Below, one piece after another: positions 46,081 through 55,801 of a DNA stretch of 64,000 nucleotides. The translations under genes and the position numbers were made by a program. Numbering within the stretch: position 1 is the first letter of the stretch; each line of letters opens with the position of its first letter. The stretch spans positions 134,899 to 198,898 of the forward strand of contig PLZJ01000003.1 in NCBI GenBank assembly GCA_003152105.1, read 5' to 3'. The notes beneath the pieces are model-generated. The model was given only the letters and a program-made list of their open reading frames with translations. It ran no database searches and was not told where the DNA came from. Source of the stretch: Candidatus Levyibacteriota bacterium. Lineage in GTDB: Bacteria > Patescibacteriota > Microgenomatia > Levybacterales > UBA12049.

Positions 46081-46877
46081 GCACAATTGGTATTACGGGT
46101 GGCACAGGATTCATTGGTCAAAACGTAATTACAAAACTCAAAGATAAAAATATTCCCTATGTCCTCTTTACTGGCAATATATTAGACTCCAAAACCGTTG
46201 AGATTTTTTTTAAAAAACATCATATTACAACCCTTATTCATTTGGTTGGAAGCTTTTCTTTACCATTTGAGAATCTCATTGACCTAAATGTTGTTGCTTT
46301 GCAAAATGTTTTGGAAATTGGCGTAAAGTATGGACTTAAAAAAATTGTTTACACCTCCTCTGGCGCTGTTTATGGTGAACCAATAAACGAAACCTCAACA
46401 GAAACTGATCCGTTAACTCCTAATACGCTATATGGACTTTCAAAAGTATTTGCAGAGGAAATGATTGCGTATTATGGAAAAAAAGCTAACATAACACACA
46501 TTATTCTCCGATTTCCAAATGTATATGGCAAAGATAGCAATAAAGGGGTAATCTATAATTTTTTACAAAGTATTAAAAATACGAAATCAGTAACGATAGC
46601 GGGAGATGGCAAACAAATGAGAAACTTTCTCCATGTTTCCGACGCAGCAAATGCAATCGAAAAAGCACTTCTTTATAACGATTCAGATATTTTTAATATT
46701 GGAAGCCCTGTTAATTTATCTATTAATGAAGTTGTTGAAAAGTTAAAAAGCAAATATACATTTACTGTGCGTCACGTAAAAGAAGATAATGAATTGAAAA
46801 AGCTCTTACTAAGTTACGAAAAAGCTGAAAAAGTGCTTGACTATAAACCAACAATTGATACGCTCTTACTCACCTAG
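46071..46877 (+). CDS. NAD-dependent epimerase/dehydratase (SDR family)
   Basis: IGITGGTGFIGQNVITKL Rossmann motif, YGLSKVFAEE (YxxxK). 268 aa. Overlaps the upstream dehydratase gene by 10 nt (translational coupling). Confidence 0.7.
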   Translation: MEIGTIGITGGTGFIGQNVITKLKDKNIPYVLFTGNILDSKTVEIFFKKHHITTLIHLVGSFSLPFENLIDLNVVALQNVLEIGVKYGLKKIVYTSSGAVYGEPINETSTETDPLTPNTLYGLSKVFAEEMIAYYGKKANITHIILRFPNVYGKDSNKGVIYNFLQSIKNTKSVTIAGDGKQMRNFLHVSDAANAIEKALLYNDSDIFNIGSPVNLSINEVVEKLKSKYTFTVRHVKEDNELKKLLLSYEKAEKVLDYKPTIDTLLLT

Positions 46878-46888
46878 CTTACTAAAAA

Positions 46889-47518
46889 TTATTGGTAGCC
46901 CTTCCAAGATCCATCTGCAAATGCACGAACTCTTGGATATGTAGCATACTTAAAAGCTCCTTTGTAGTAAAAATTCACATCACACCAATACAATATCTCA
47001 GATTGATGGTTCACATACGAATGTCCTTCTTTTGTAACTCTTGCAGACCAATCACCGCCAACTCCCGGATCTGGAAGACACTGTCTTTTTGGTGCATTTG
47101 GATTATTGTTTTCTAAGAGTGAATAATATTTAAGTGTTGAATGCTTTTCATCATTTGTAAAAGAAAAATTAAATAATGTAAAATTTCCATTTAATGGTGG
47201 ATATCCATAACGTTGTGATTGGTTATAGAAATCATAATTAGCTGTATATGTATAAATCGGAGCATTATTTTTATTCATTGTAACTGTTTGAGCGGTACCA
47301 CTATCTTGCACTTGCGAAAAATCCATTGGATCTTCTTGAGGCGGCATAGACTGACCATCTAATGATTGCTCTGGTACTGGAGGTGTTATTCCTGCGGCAT
47401 TTTGTTGCCCTTGATGCGATATGGATACACCATATATCGTTATTGGGACAGCAACTATAAGAGCAATAATACCAAAATATCCCCATAAGTTTTGATTCTT
47501 CTTGTATGATTTTGCCAT
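46889..47518 (-). CDS. membrane-anchored secreted hypothetical protein
   Basis: N-terminal TM (YFGIIALIVAVPITIYGV), Pro/Gln-rich linker, Tyr/Asn-rich body. No motif. Confidence 0.4.
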   Translation of the reverse strand: MAKSYKKNQNLWGYFGIIALIVAVPITIYGVSISHQGQQNAAGITPPVPEQSLDGQSMPPQEDPMDFSQVQDSGTAQTVTMNKNNAPIYTYTANYDFYNQSQRYGYPPLNGNFTLFNFSFTNDEKHSTLKYYSLLENNNPNAPKRQCLPDPGVGGDWSARVTKEGHSYVNHQSEILYWCDVNFYYKGAFKYATYPRVRAFADGSWKGYQ

Positions 47519-47611
47519 ATATAAAACCTTTCTATATCAATAGTAGAGTTAACGTAATCTTATTGTCAAGCTTGAATACGATTACTATATATAAAATATA
47601 AAGATTACATT

Positions 47612-48073
47612 GTGTATACAGCACAAATAGCATATAATACCCAAACGATGCCAGGCAGAGTTGAAATTACAGATCATAGAAGAGAGATTGCTATTGAAGT
47701 AGATATCCCAGAAGAAATTAAGCCTTTTTGTATGGCATATTTAAACGCCAAAGGCAAAGTTGAATACCTTGTTACACAATCTATAAATGAAGGTACGCTT
47801 TTTGCATTAGTTAAAGATCCAAATGATATCGATATTCGTTTTGCAGATTATTCTATGACACACGACGGCGTTACGGTTCCAAATATTTATACAAAAAATG
47901 AAGACAATCTAATTGGAAGTTATTTTTTAAGACCTGGCTGTGAACCACTTGAAATAGATTTAGAAAAAGAAAATGGTCATCAACATACTGATGTAGATTC
48001 TACACCTCCAACCGCAACGATATTATTTGAACATATTCCACAAATGCCTTTTTCTCAAAAACCCGATTGTTAA
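47612..48073 (+). CDS. hypothetical protein
   Basis: 153-aa ORF, no recognisable motif. Confidence 0.4.
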   Translation: MYTAQIAYNTQTMPGRVEITDHRREIAIEVDIPEEIKPFCMAYLNAKGKVEYLVTQSINEGTLFALVKDPNDIDIRFADYSMTHDGVTVPNIYTKNEDNLIGSYFLRPGCEPLEIDLEKENGHQHTDVDSTPPTATILFEHIPQMPFSQKPDC

Positions 48074-48975
48074 CCAAAATACATTTCATATTAGTACTCT
48101 GTAAAACCCTCACCTCATTTATAATTCACGACTGTCTAAAACGCCCTAGAAGGCCTTAGAAATACAAAAGAGGTATGGATAGTCATCTCTAAAACTTATC
48201 CGTAAAAATAGATCCCCTGGAATCAATATAAACGGAGAAGCATGCTAAGACAAAATTTTCACTAAATTCTAGCCTCAAATTACGCATAAAAATAAAGTGA
48301 AAAATGGCATTTTAGGCCTATAATGGGGGGATTATAGCATTTTTCAAAGTCAAGAATATAAGGGGAATAAATAAGAGAAATAAGAGGAATAATAGTTAAT
48401 GAAATGTTAATTACAAAAATAAAAGAAAATTAAAAACAGAAAAAAGAGCACTCCTCCCAGGAACTAGCCATGGTTCATGTCGCAAAAGTATTATTGTGCG
48501 ACATGATAGGATCTTCTTCTCCGGACACATATTTCTTCATTAATTACCGAAAGAGAATGGTGGTATATTAATTAGTACAATTAATATACCATATGAAACT
48601 AAGTAACTACCTATTGCACATACGTCGTCCATTTTCTTCCACTCCTTCTGTAAGAGCCCTGTCGCAATAGACGTTCGAGTTTTTTTCGTCCTGTAGGAAT
48701 TAGGCCAACTACCTAAGAAGAGAGTGATTGGCACTTACCAGGCTTGTCTGTTTATATCCTTCTCGTTGAGTGCTCATTGCCTCACTTCTTCCAAATATAA
48801 TGATTTTCAGCCTTGATTCTGTCCTGTGAAAATTCGCATAATAAGCCCGTGAAAACTAAAGTTATCCACATAAAGTATCCTATAATTAACTATATCATAC
48901 TATATCACCTCCTACTCCTCTGCTCTGTTGTTTTTGGAAAATTTATTTGTAAATTACGCGGCTTTTAGTGGATTA

Positions 48976-49827
48976 TTAGCTTCGCCATTGGGTTGAAAAT
49001 ATAAATATAATAAATATTACTAGGCCTACCCATACATACTCCCATAATACATTTCTAAATAATCTCCTATCTATCCATACATGTGATAGTCCAGCCACGA
49101 TATAAAATAACCCAGTTAAAAATAAGGCAATAACTGTTGGTGAACTTGGCCAAAACCATAATAATATGGCCATTTCACTTATACAAAGAGTTAATAAACT
49201 CACCCATGTACCAGATGAAAGAATCGATTTATCAAGTGTATACGTCCAAAGTGAATGATATAGAAGAAAAAATGTAAACACTATGATAATACCTACTGTT
49301 AAAAAAATATTACTATGCAACGAATAGCTTACATTAACAAGGAAAAAGAATGAAACAAGCGTTAAAACAAACGACACTATCCTCGCCCCTGTTAACAAAG
49401 CGATAGTTCTTATAGATGCGACTACAAAAATATTTTCACTCAGAAATAAAGAGTAAAGACCTATTGCATACAATGTTGTTACAATAATATTTGTTAAAAA
49501 ACGTGGAGGTGTTAAATAGTAAAAAAGCCCAAATGACAAGCTATAAAAGAATGGAAGAACAAAAATTTGATACGATTTTGTATCCTGTATATCTGAATAC
49601 ATAGACCAAAGGAAAAACAATTCAGTGCAAATAGCTATTATGAATGAGAAAAGTATCCCCGCATTCATAAATACTCTTTCTGAAAAAAAGAATGCTAGAG
49701 ACAATATTAACATTGCTATAATGAACTTTTGTCTCTTGTTAAAAAGTGCCCTAAGTTTTACACGGTTGCTACCTTTTTTTACTTTAACTTCCCTTTGTTT
49801 TGTTTGTTTAAATGGTAAAGAGATCAT
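48976..49827 (-). CDS. polytopic membrane protein, hypothetical
   Basis: 283 aa, ~8 hydrophobic helices. Lys/Arg-rich N-terminus. Confidence 0.45.
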   Translation of the reverse strand: MISLPFKQTKQREVKVKKGSNRVKLRALFNKRQKFIIAMLILSLAFFFSERVFMNAGILFSFIIAICTELFFLWSMYSDIQDTKSYQIFVLPFFYSLSFGLFYYLTPPRFLTNIIVTTLYAIGLYSLFLSENIFVVASIRTIALLTGARIVSFVLTLVSFFFLVNVSYSLHSNIFLTVGIIIVFTFFLLYHSLWTYTLDKSILSSGTWVSLLTLCISEMAILLWFWPSSPTVIALFLTGLFYIVAGLSHVWIDRRLFRNVLWEYVWVGLVIFIIFIFSTQWRS

Positions 49828-49858
49828 ATACGTGATGCTAAGCTTACACCCCTAAATA

Positions 49859-50590
49859 TTAATTGTCCACATCGATATTAGAATATACTTTCTGCACATC
49901 TTGTAAGTCTTCCATCTTTTCTAAAAATGCTATAACCTGATCTGTAGACTCACTATTCTCCATTGCAATCTTTGTTAGTGGCACATATTCTAGTTCTTCT
50001 TCAGTAATTTCAATTCCTTGTTGAGTTAATAATTGCCTTACTCGAGCTAAATCACTTGGCTTTGTAAAAACATTTACCACTTCCCCACTTTCTTCAACGT
50101 CTTCTGCTCCGGAATCTACTGCCAATAAAAAAATATCGTCTAAACTTTTATCTTTTTTAACGACTTCAATTCTTCCAACTTGCTTAAATAAGTAGGATAC
50201 TGAGCCTGGCTGTCCCATACTCCCCCCTTGTCGATCAAAAAGATTTTTTACTTCTGAGGTGGTCCTCATTTTGTTATCTGTTGCACCTTCTACGATAACC
50301 GCAATTCCATGTGGACCAAATCCCTCATATACTACCTCATCAACATGAGCCATATTTTTTCCTGATGCCCTATCGATAGCTCGTGCTATATTATCTTTTG
50401 GCATATTGGCAGCTTTTGCAGCATCGATAGCAAGTCTTAATCTAAAATTTGAATCTGGATCTCCTATCCCTCCCCCTTGTTTGACAGCGAGCGTAATTGC
50501 CATTGATAATTTTGTAAACGCTTGTCCACGTTTAACATCAGCAGCACCTTTCTGTCTTTTAATAGTTGCCCATTTAGAATGACCGCTCAT
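49859..50590 (-). CDS. yebC: YebC/PmpR-family transcriptional regulator
   Basis: MSGHSKWATIKRQKGAADVKRGQAFTKL is the invariant YebC/TACO1 N-terminus. 243 aa. Confidence 0.9.
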   Translation of the reverse strand: MSGHSKWATIKRQKGAADVKRGQAFTKLSMAITLAVKQGGGIGDPDSNFRLRLAIDAAKAANMPKDNIARAIDRASGKNMAHVDEVVYEGFGPHGIAVIVEGATDNKMRTTSEVKNLFDRQGGSMGQPGSVSYLFKQVGRIEVVKKDKSLDDIFLLAVDSGAEDVEESGEVVNVFTKPSDLARVRQLLTQQGIEITEEELEYVPLTKIAMENSESTDQVIAFLEKMEDLQDVQKVYSNIDVDN

Positions 50591-50715
50591 AATTTTTTGC
50601 TGCTTTACTTAGGCTAAATATTTGTAGTGCAGCTTCGTTATTATACTGTTTCTAGCTTGACTTTTGCAACAAATGATAGTACACTTTTGTAACTTAAAAC
50701 ACATCCGTTTCTAAG

Positions 50716-51384
50716 ATGGATCTTAAAAATCAAGCGATCAAAACTGCCCTTACAGGAGACTGGAATAAGGCAATTCAAATAAACACTTCAATTCTTGAAC
50801 AAGAATCTCAAGACATCGATTCGTTAAACAGATTAGCGTTTGCGTATGCTGAACTTGGAGATATAAAAAACGCAAAAAGTACTTATCAAAAAGTACTTTC
50901 AATAGATAATTACAACCCAATCGCACTCAAAAATTTGAAAAGACTAGCATCCCTTGAAAACGGAAAAGTATCTTCAGCAAATAATAATCACACCCCACTT
51001 TTAACTAATGCCTTCTTAGAAGAAACTGGTAAAACAAAGGTAATTGATTTAAGCAATATAGGTCAAGCAGACATACTCTTAAGACTTAGGATGGGAACAC
51101 CGGTCAAGTTAGCAGTTAAACGATCAAAGATTTTTATTGTAGACGCAGATAATAATTTTATTGGTATGCTCCCTGATAATATAAGCAGTCGACTCATTAA
51201 ACTAATTGAAGGTGGCAATGAATATGAAGCGTGTATTAAATCACTTGATAAAAATAGGGTTACAATTTTTATGAAAGAGACCATTCGGGCAGCTCGATTT
51301 AAGTTTCAACCTTCTTTCTTAACTTCTGAAAAAACTCAATTAGAATTAAAAGAAATTCCTGTACCTAAAAATACCGCTAAGTAG
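50716..51384 (+). CDS. TPR-repeat protein, hypothetical
   Basis: N-terminal TPR-like repeats (WNKAIQINTSILEQESQDIDSLNRLAFAYAELGDIKNAKSTYQKVLSIDNYNPIALKNL). C-terminal domain unknown. Confidence 0.5.
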   Translation: MDLKNQAIKTALTGDWNKAIQINTSILEQESQDIDSLNRLAFAYAELGDIKNAKSTYQKVLSIDNYNPIALKNLKRLASLENGKVSSANNNHTPLLTNAFLEETGKTKVIDLSNIGQADILLRLRMGTPVKLAVKRSKIFIVDADNNFIGMLPDNISSRLIKLIEGGNEYEACIKSLDKNRVTIFMKETIRAARFKFQPSFLTSEKTQLELKEIPVPKNTAK

Positions 51385-51550
51385 CTTGCTCTTCTTTAGA
51401 TGATTGGGGATTATAAAAGATAACACGTCCTTTAGCTAGTTCTCTCGAAGCATGTTCGCTTTCATTTCGTTTGTGCATTTGCTTAAAAGAAAGAAGCGCC
51501 CAAAGAAATGAAAAAATTAATAATCCAATAACTATTTCTATAAATAACAT
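51377..51550 (-). CDS. unannotated small membrane protein (57 aa), possibly co-transcribed with the LCP-like gene
   Basis: ATG (revcomp of cat 51548-51550) 4 nt downstream of the LCP-like stop. MLFIEIVIGLLIFSFLWALLSF TM helix plus charged tail. Below the 60-aa ORF-track cutoff. Overlaps the convergent TPR gene end by 8 nt. Confidence 0.3.
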   Translation of the reverse strand: MLFIEIVIGLLIFSFLWALLSFKQMHKRNESEHASRELAKGRVIFYNPQSSKEEQAT

Positions 51551-51554
51551 ATTG

Positions 51555-52364
51555 TTAAAATTGTTCGTTATTCTCTTTGTCTTGACCGATTGTAATGATT
51601 ATATCCGCAAATGATTTCTTCTGCATAGGTATTGAGTGATAATTGGTAATCTTAACCAATTTAGAAACTGTATATCCTCTACTCCCAACAAAAGTAATAC
51701 TTGAATGTTTTGCTAACTGGTCTGGGCTTTCTACTGATATGACATTTCCACCCATATTCGAAATGACACGAGACAACCTATTTCCAAGACCTGTAACGTC
51801 AGTTTGATTAATTATCTGTATGTTCAAATTTTCTGCAACAATAGCATTATCTTTAAATAACGAGGAAGAAATGTTATCAAGCTTCTCTACATCATATGGA
51901 TAGGTAATTTCACGTTTAGAAACATTTGTTTGATCTATTCCTCTGGAGTAAAACCATAATCTTATTAAATCAATACTTGTCAACTGTTTAAAATCCCTAT
52001 AATGCATCAACATATAAAATAAAACCTGGGTTGAGTTTTCGCTATCTGGTATATTTTGATTTTTAATAAATGCATCAACTGGAATAGCAAGATATTGTCG
52101 AGCGTTATAAATAGTCGTTTTAGAAGACATGCTTAACACTGAAATCGTACTATCTTGAGGAGACAAAGAAAAAGCTCTCACTTCTTTCGCATTATATTGG
52201 ATAAGCAATGTATATCTATGTGTTCCATCAAATGTACTTTTTGCTATTATAGATGCAACTTTAAGTATGCCTGAAAGGAGCAATAAAATAGCAACTCCGA
52301 CTAAAAAGAGTCGAAGTAGCAATGTGCTTTGTTTTTCTTTTCCATGTTCAGTTTTTTTCCTCAT
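51555..52364 (-). CDS. LytR-CpsA-Psr (LCP)-like membrane-anchored protein with LytR_C-like C-terminal domain, putative
   Basis: N-terminal TM (LLLRLFLVGVAILLLLSGIL). Segment RYTLLIQYNAKEVRAFSLSPQDSTISV parallels the LCP core (..LL.G.D....D...L.SIPRDT.V). C-terminal IQIINQTDVTGLGNRLSRVISNMGGNVISV resembles the LytR_C domain. Confidence 0.4.
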   Translation of the reverse strand: MRKKTEHGKEKQSTLLLRLFLVGVAILLLLSGILKVASIIAKSTFDGTHRYTLLIQYNAKEVRAFSLSPQDSTISVLSMSSKTTIYNARQYLAIPVDAFIKNQNIPDSENSTQVLFYMLMHYRDFKQLTSIDLIRLWFYSRGIDQTNVSKREITYPYDVEKLDNISSSLFKDNAIVAENLNIQIINQTDVTGLGNRLSRVISNMGGNVISVESPDQLAKHSSITFVGSRGYTVSKLVKITNYHSIPMQKKSFADIIITIGQDKENNEQF

Positions 52365-52547
52365 GCAAAATTAATCTTTATACGTAATAGTATATTCTTA
52401 ACGTTCTTTTTTCTTCTTTTGCACTAGTTCAGGCAATTCAAGAACAAATGATGAGGATCCTGTATTTTTCCCACCTTGTCCTTTTTTAGCCTTTTTTTTC
52501 TCACCTTTATAAAATCCACCGAAGCTTCCCATACTTCACCTCCTTTA

Positions 52548-53303
52548 TCATAGTATAGCTAAGTTACTAATTTTAGCATAGTTCTCTAAAAAACTTATTA
52601 AGTCTTGCGGTAATTGACTAGTGTATGTTACCGAAATATTTGTTTTTGGATGAGTAAAAATAATTGTACCCGCATGTAAGAATAATCGATGTAATAACTT
52701 CCTATCCTCTCTCGCAGTTTTTCTTCCTCCATATAGTTCATCTGAAAAAATTGGGTGCTGTAAATACTTTAAATGTACTCGAATTTGATGCGTGCGTCCA
52801 GTCAAGGGAGAAACGGAAAGCAAAGAAAGAGTTTCGTGTTGCTTTGTTTGCAGTATATAATACGCCGTAGTACTGTATTTAGTAAAAGAATCTCTTCCTC
52901 CTGCTACTACACCAAATCGTTTTCTATTCCATGTTAATCTACCAACTGGAACTTGAATTTCTCCTTCTGGTGGAATTATTTTTCCATGCACCAATGCTTG
53001 ATATGTTTTTTTAACTATTCTTTCTTTAAATTGCGATTGTAAATTTTTAAATGATGCGATGTTTTTAGCACACAGCAATATTCCAGAAGTTTCTTTATCT
53101 AAGCGATGCACAATACCCATACGTTTTATAAAATCTTCGTTGTTATCAATATCCATTGTTTCAAATGCTTCTCTTTTGTTGGTTTCTAACCAATCCTGAA
53201 GTGTTATCTCATGACGAGTAGTATCTGCCTTATTTACCGTCATTCCCGAGGGTTTATCAACTACAATAATATCTTGATCTTCAAATATAATTTTGGGTTC
53301 CAT
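52548..53303 (-). CDS. RluA-family pseudouridine synthase
   Basis: GIVHRLDKETSGILLCAKN (catalytic Asp motif HRLD..TSG). 251 aa. Confidence 0.85.
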   Translation of the reverse strand: MEPKIIFEDQDIIVVDKPSGMTVNKADTTRHEITLQDWLETNKREAFETMDIDNNEDFIKRMGIVHRLDKETSGILLCAKNIASFKNLQSQFKERIVKKTYQALVHGKIIPPEGEIQVPVGRLTWNRKRFGVVAGGRDSFTKYSTTAYYILQTKQHETLSLLSVSPLTGRTHQIRVHLKYLQHPIFSDELYGGRKTAREDRKLLHRLFLHAGTIIFTHPKTNISVTYTSQLPQDLISFLENYAKISNLAIL

Positions 53304-53306
53304 ATC

Positions 53307-53975
53307 TTATTTCCTTGTTGCATACAAAAATATTACACTTACTGTTGCTAAAATAAAAACAATAAATAATAGTAATTCATCTCCTGAAAAAATGTACAGC
53401 AATCGATCTTTGTCAAAAATTAAATGATCTATTAGTGATATAAAGGAAAATACTGAAACTACGCTTAAAGACAATAGTCCTTCTCTCCCTTTCCATCTTA
53501 AAAAAAGCTGAAATTCTCCAATTAAAACTGAGATGAAAAATAAAATAAATAAAATATTCAAAATGAACAAAAAGACTGTTTTTTGAGAAAAAAGTGCTGG
53601 CAAAAAAGTGAACGGCACAGCACTAAGAAAAGACAACATGAACAAATCAGATAATCTGGCAAAAGGGAGTTTTTTAGTTCTGTAGTACAAGACATAAAAT
53701 AACAATCCTCCCGTCATAGCTCCAATTAATGATAGACCTGGATATTTTAAGATATGGAAAAAAACAAGTGGATTTAAGTACCCTACTTTAAAATGGAATA
53801 GTACATAAAATAATCGAGATGATAAAGCACTAACAAGTAACAATATAAATGCCATATTGAATACTTGTTCAATTGTTACGTTTTTTCTGAATAAGATATA
53901 ATCCTCTCTTGCGAGCAAATATAACGTAAACAGAAACGCGAACATACAAAAAATTACCGAGATAATAACAATCAT
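53307..53975 (-). CDS. hypothetical polytopic membrane protein
   Basis: 222 aa, ~6 TM helices, no signature. Confidence 0.4.
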   Translation of the reverse strand: MIVIISVIFCMFAFLFTLYLLAREDYILFRKNVTIEQVFNMAFILLLVSALSSRLFYVLFHFKVGYLNPLVFFHILKYPGLSLIGAMTGGLLFYVLYYRTKKLPFARLSDLFMLSFLSAVPFTFLPALFSQKTVFLFILNILFILFFISVLIGEFQLFLRWKGREGLLSLSVVSVFSFISLIDHLIFDKDRLLYIFSGDELLLFIVFILATVSVIFLYATRK

Positions 53976-53977
53976 AA

Positions 53978-55237
53978 TTATAAAAATCTTCTAACTAATG
54001 CTGTAAATAGTATAACAACACCTAAGCCTGTTAACACATCTCCTACTCCAAAAATATCTGAAAGCTTTCCAACAGCAATAACTGGTAGCAAAGAAAAAGC
54101 TCCTGTTAAAGCTCCAGTAAATCCATAAATTTTCCCTCTGTATTTATCTTCAGTTTTTTCTTGTATAAGCGTATTTGATGGTACAAAAATTAATGCACCT
54201 CCTATACCAAGAAGGAATGATAAAACAATTATAAAATGCAGATTAGATATTGCAAAAAAATGTGGCAACATTCCGTTAAGCCAAACAAAAAATGATCTTG
54301 ATTCTACTTTCGAACCTAGTGGTAATAATAAAGTGGTAATACCGATAAGTATTAAACCTGAAGTAGATACTTTATCCTTTTTGAAATTCTCAAAATAATG
54401 ACCAACTATTAATGCACCAACGATAAGTCCTATTGCTGCAGGCGTCACTATCAGTAAAGGAAAATTTACTACAGAAATATTTAATATTTGTTTTGCATAC
54501 CCAGGTCCGATCGTCGCAATTATAAGAATTAATGTATTAAAAAATATGAGAAGGAAAATTGACTGGAAGATTTCTTTTGTTTTAACGATAATTTTCCATG
54601 TATCAACTATTTCCGACATTATATATTCTTTTGTTATTTTCGTTTCCTTAATTAATTCATTTTTTTTAGTATTTTTAATAAGAAGGATAAAAAATCCAGA
54701 AATGATAAAAAATAATGTTAAAATAATATATGTATTTCTCTCACCGAGTAAAATTATAAAAGGACCAGAAAGTGCGTACGCAATCAGAATTGATGCGTAA
54801 ATACCAATTCCAAATAAGGCATTTGCTGGTAGTAATAATTCCTTTGGAACAATTTGAGGAATAATCGGTGTTTCAGCAGGAATGAAAAATTGCGTAACAA
54901 CGAAAATCAGGAATCCTATTATATATAGCACTATTAGGTTATGGAAAAATATCGTTAATACAACCAGTAGAAGAGCTCTGGAAAAATTCGTATACAATAA
55001 TACATTACGTTTATTAATTCTATCCACAAATACGCCAGCAATTACACCGAATAATATAGCCGGAACGGTAAAAGTTAAAATTATTCCCGAAACCGCGCTA
55101 CTTGAATTTGTTAACTGAAATACCGCAACGATCAATACAAAATTTAACATGTTCATTGCAATCTGAGAAAATACTTCAGCAAGCCAGATATATAAAAATG
55201 GACGTACACCAAGTACGCGGAATAAACCTTTGTTCAT
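53978..55237 (-). CDS. MFS transporter
   Basis: 419 aa, 12 predicted TM helices. GVFVDRINKRNVLL loop motif between TM2-3 typical of MFS. Confidence 0.7.
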   Translation of the reverse strand: MNKGLFRVLGVRPFLYIWLAEVFSQIAMNMLNFVLIVAVFQLTNSSSAVSGIILTFTVPAILFGVIAGVFVDRINKRNVLLYTNFSRALLLVVLTIFFHNLIVLYIIGFLIFVVTQFFIPAETPIIPQIVPKELLLPANALFGIGIYASILIAYALSGPFIILLGERNTYIILTLFFIISGFFILLIKNTKKNELIKETKITKEYIMSEIVDTWKIIVKTKEIFQSIFLLIFFNTLILIIATIGPGYAKQILNISVVNFPLLIVTPAAIGLIVGALIVGHYFENFKKDKVSTSGLILIGITTLLLPLGSKVESRSFFVWLNGMLPHFFAISNLHFIIVLSFLLGIGGALIFVPSNTLIQEKTEDKYRGKIYGFTGALTGAFSLLPVIAVGKLSDIFGVGDVLTGLGVVILFTALVRRFL

Positions 55238-55242
55238 AATGA

Positions 55243-55800
55243 TTAATTTGCTTTTTCTGAGTAGGAACCTGTCCTTGTATCTATGCGGATTTTATCCCCT
55301 ACTTTAATAAATAGAGGAACCTTTGTTTTAAAACCATTTTCAAGTATTGCGTCTTTAAAAACATTTGTAGCAGAATTTCCTTTTGCTCCAGATCCTGTTT
55401 CAGTAACTACAAATTCCATCTTTGGAGGAAAATTAACGGACAATGGTTCATCCTCTAAAAAACTTATATTTACTTGTTCACCATCTTTTAAGAATTGATG
55501 ATCTGGAATAGAGTTTAGCGTAATAACCACTTGCTCGTAAGAAACTGGATCCATAAAATAAGCGTTCTCATCATCTTTATAAAGAAACTGTAAATCTCTT
55601 TTCATAACTGCCACATCATTTACTCTTGCTCCATTAATAAAACTTTTTTCAGTTGTCGAACCACTTTTAATATTTTTGACTTTTACTTTAATATTTGCAC
55701 TTCCTCTGCCCACTTTGTTGTGTTCATAAGTGACTACTTGGTAGTATTGACCGTATTCTTCAAAAACTGTTCCTGCTCGTAGTTCAGTTACATTTAGCAT
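55243..55800 (-). CDS. efp: elongation factor P
   Basis: MLNVTELRAGTVFEEYGQYYQVVTYEHNKVGRGSANIKVKVKNIKSG is a canonical EF-P N-terminal KOW-like domain. 185 aa. Confidence 0.9.
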   Translation of the reverse strand: MLNVTELRAGTVFEEYGQYYQVVTYEHNKVGRGSANIKVKVKNIKSGSTTEKSFINGARVNDVAVMKRDLQFLYKDDENAYFMDPVSYEQVVITLNSIPDHQFLKDGEQVNISFLEDEPLSVNFPPKMEFVVTETGSGAKGNSATNVFKDAILENGFKTKVPLFIKVGDKIRIDTRTGSYSEKAN

Positions 55801-55801
55801 T

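Noticed and set aside
48540-48734. 64-aa minus-strand ORF in the ORF-poor region
   Set aside because: No start context, odd composition, overlaps the 31-nt palindrome. Treated as non-coding.
53307-53975. Possible prolipoprotein diacylglyceryl transferase (Lgt) because of a G-rich helix (YPGLSLIGAMTGGLLF)
   Set aside because: Lacks the Lgt signature G-R-x-G-N-F-x-N-x-E and is shorter than Lgt. Kept as a generic membrane protein.
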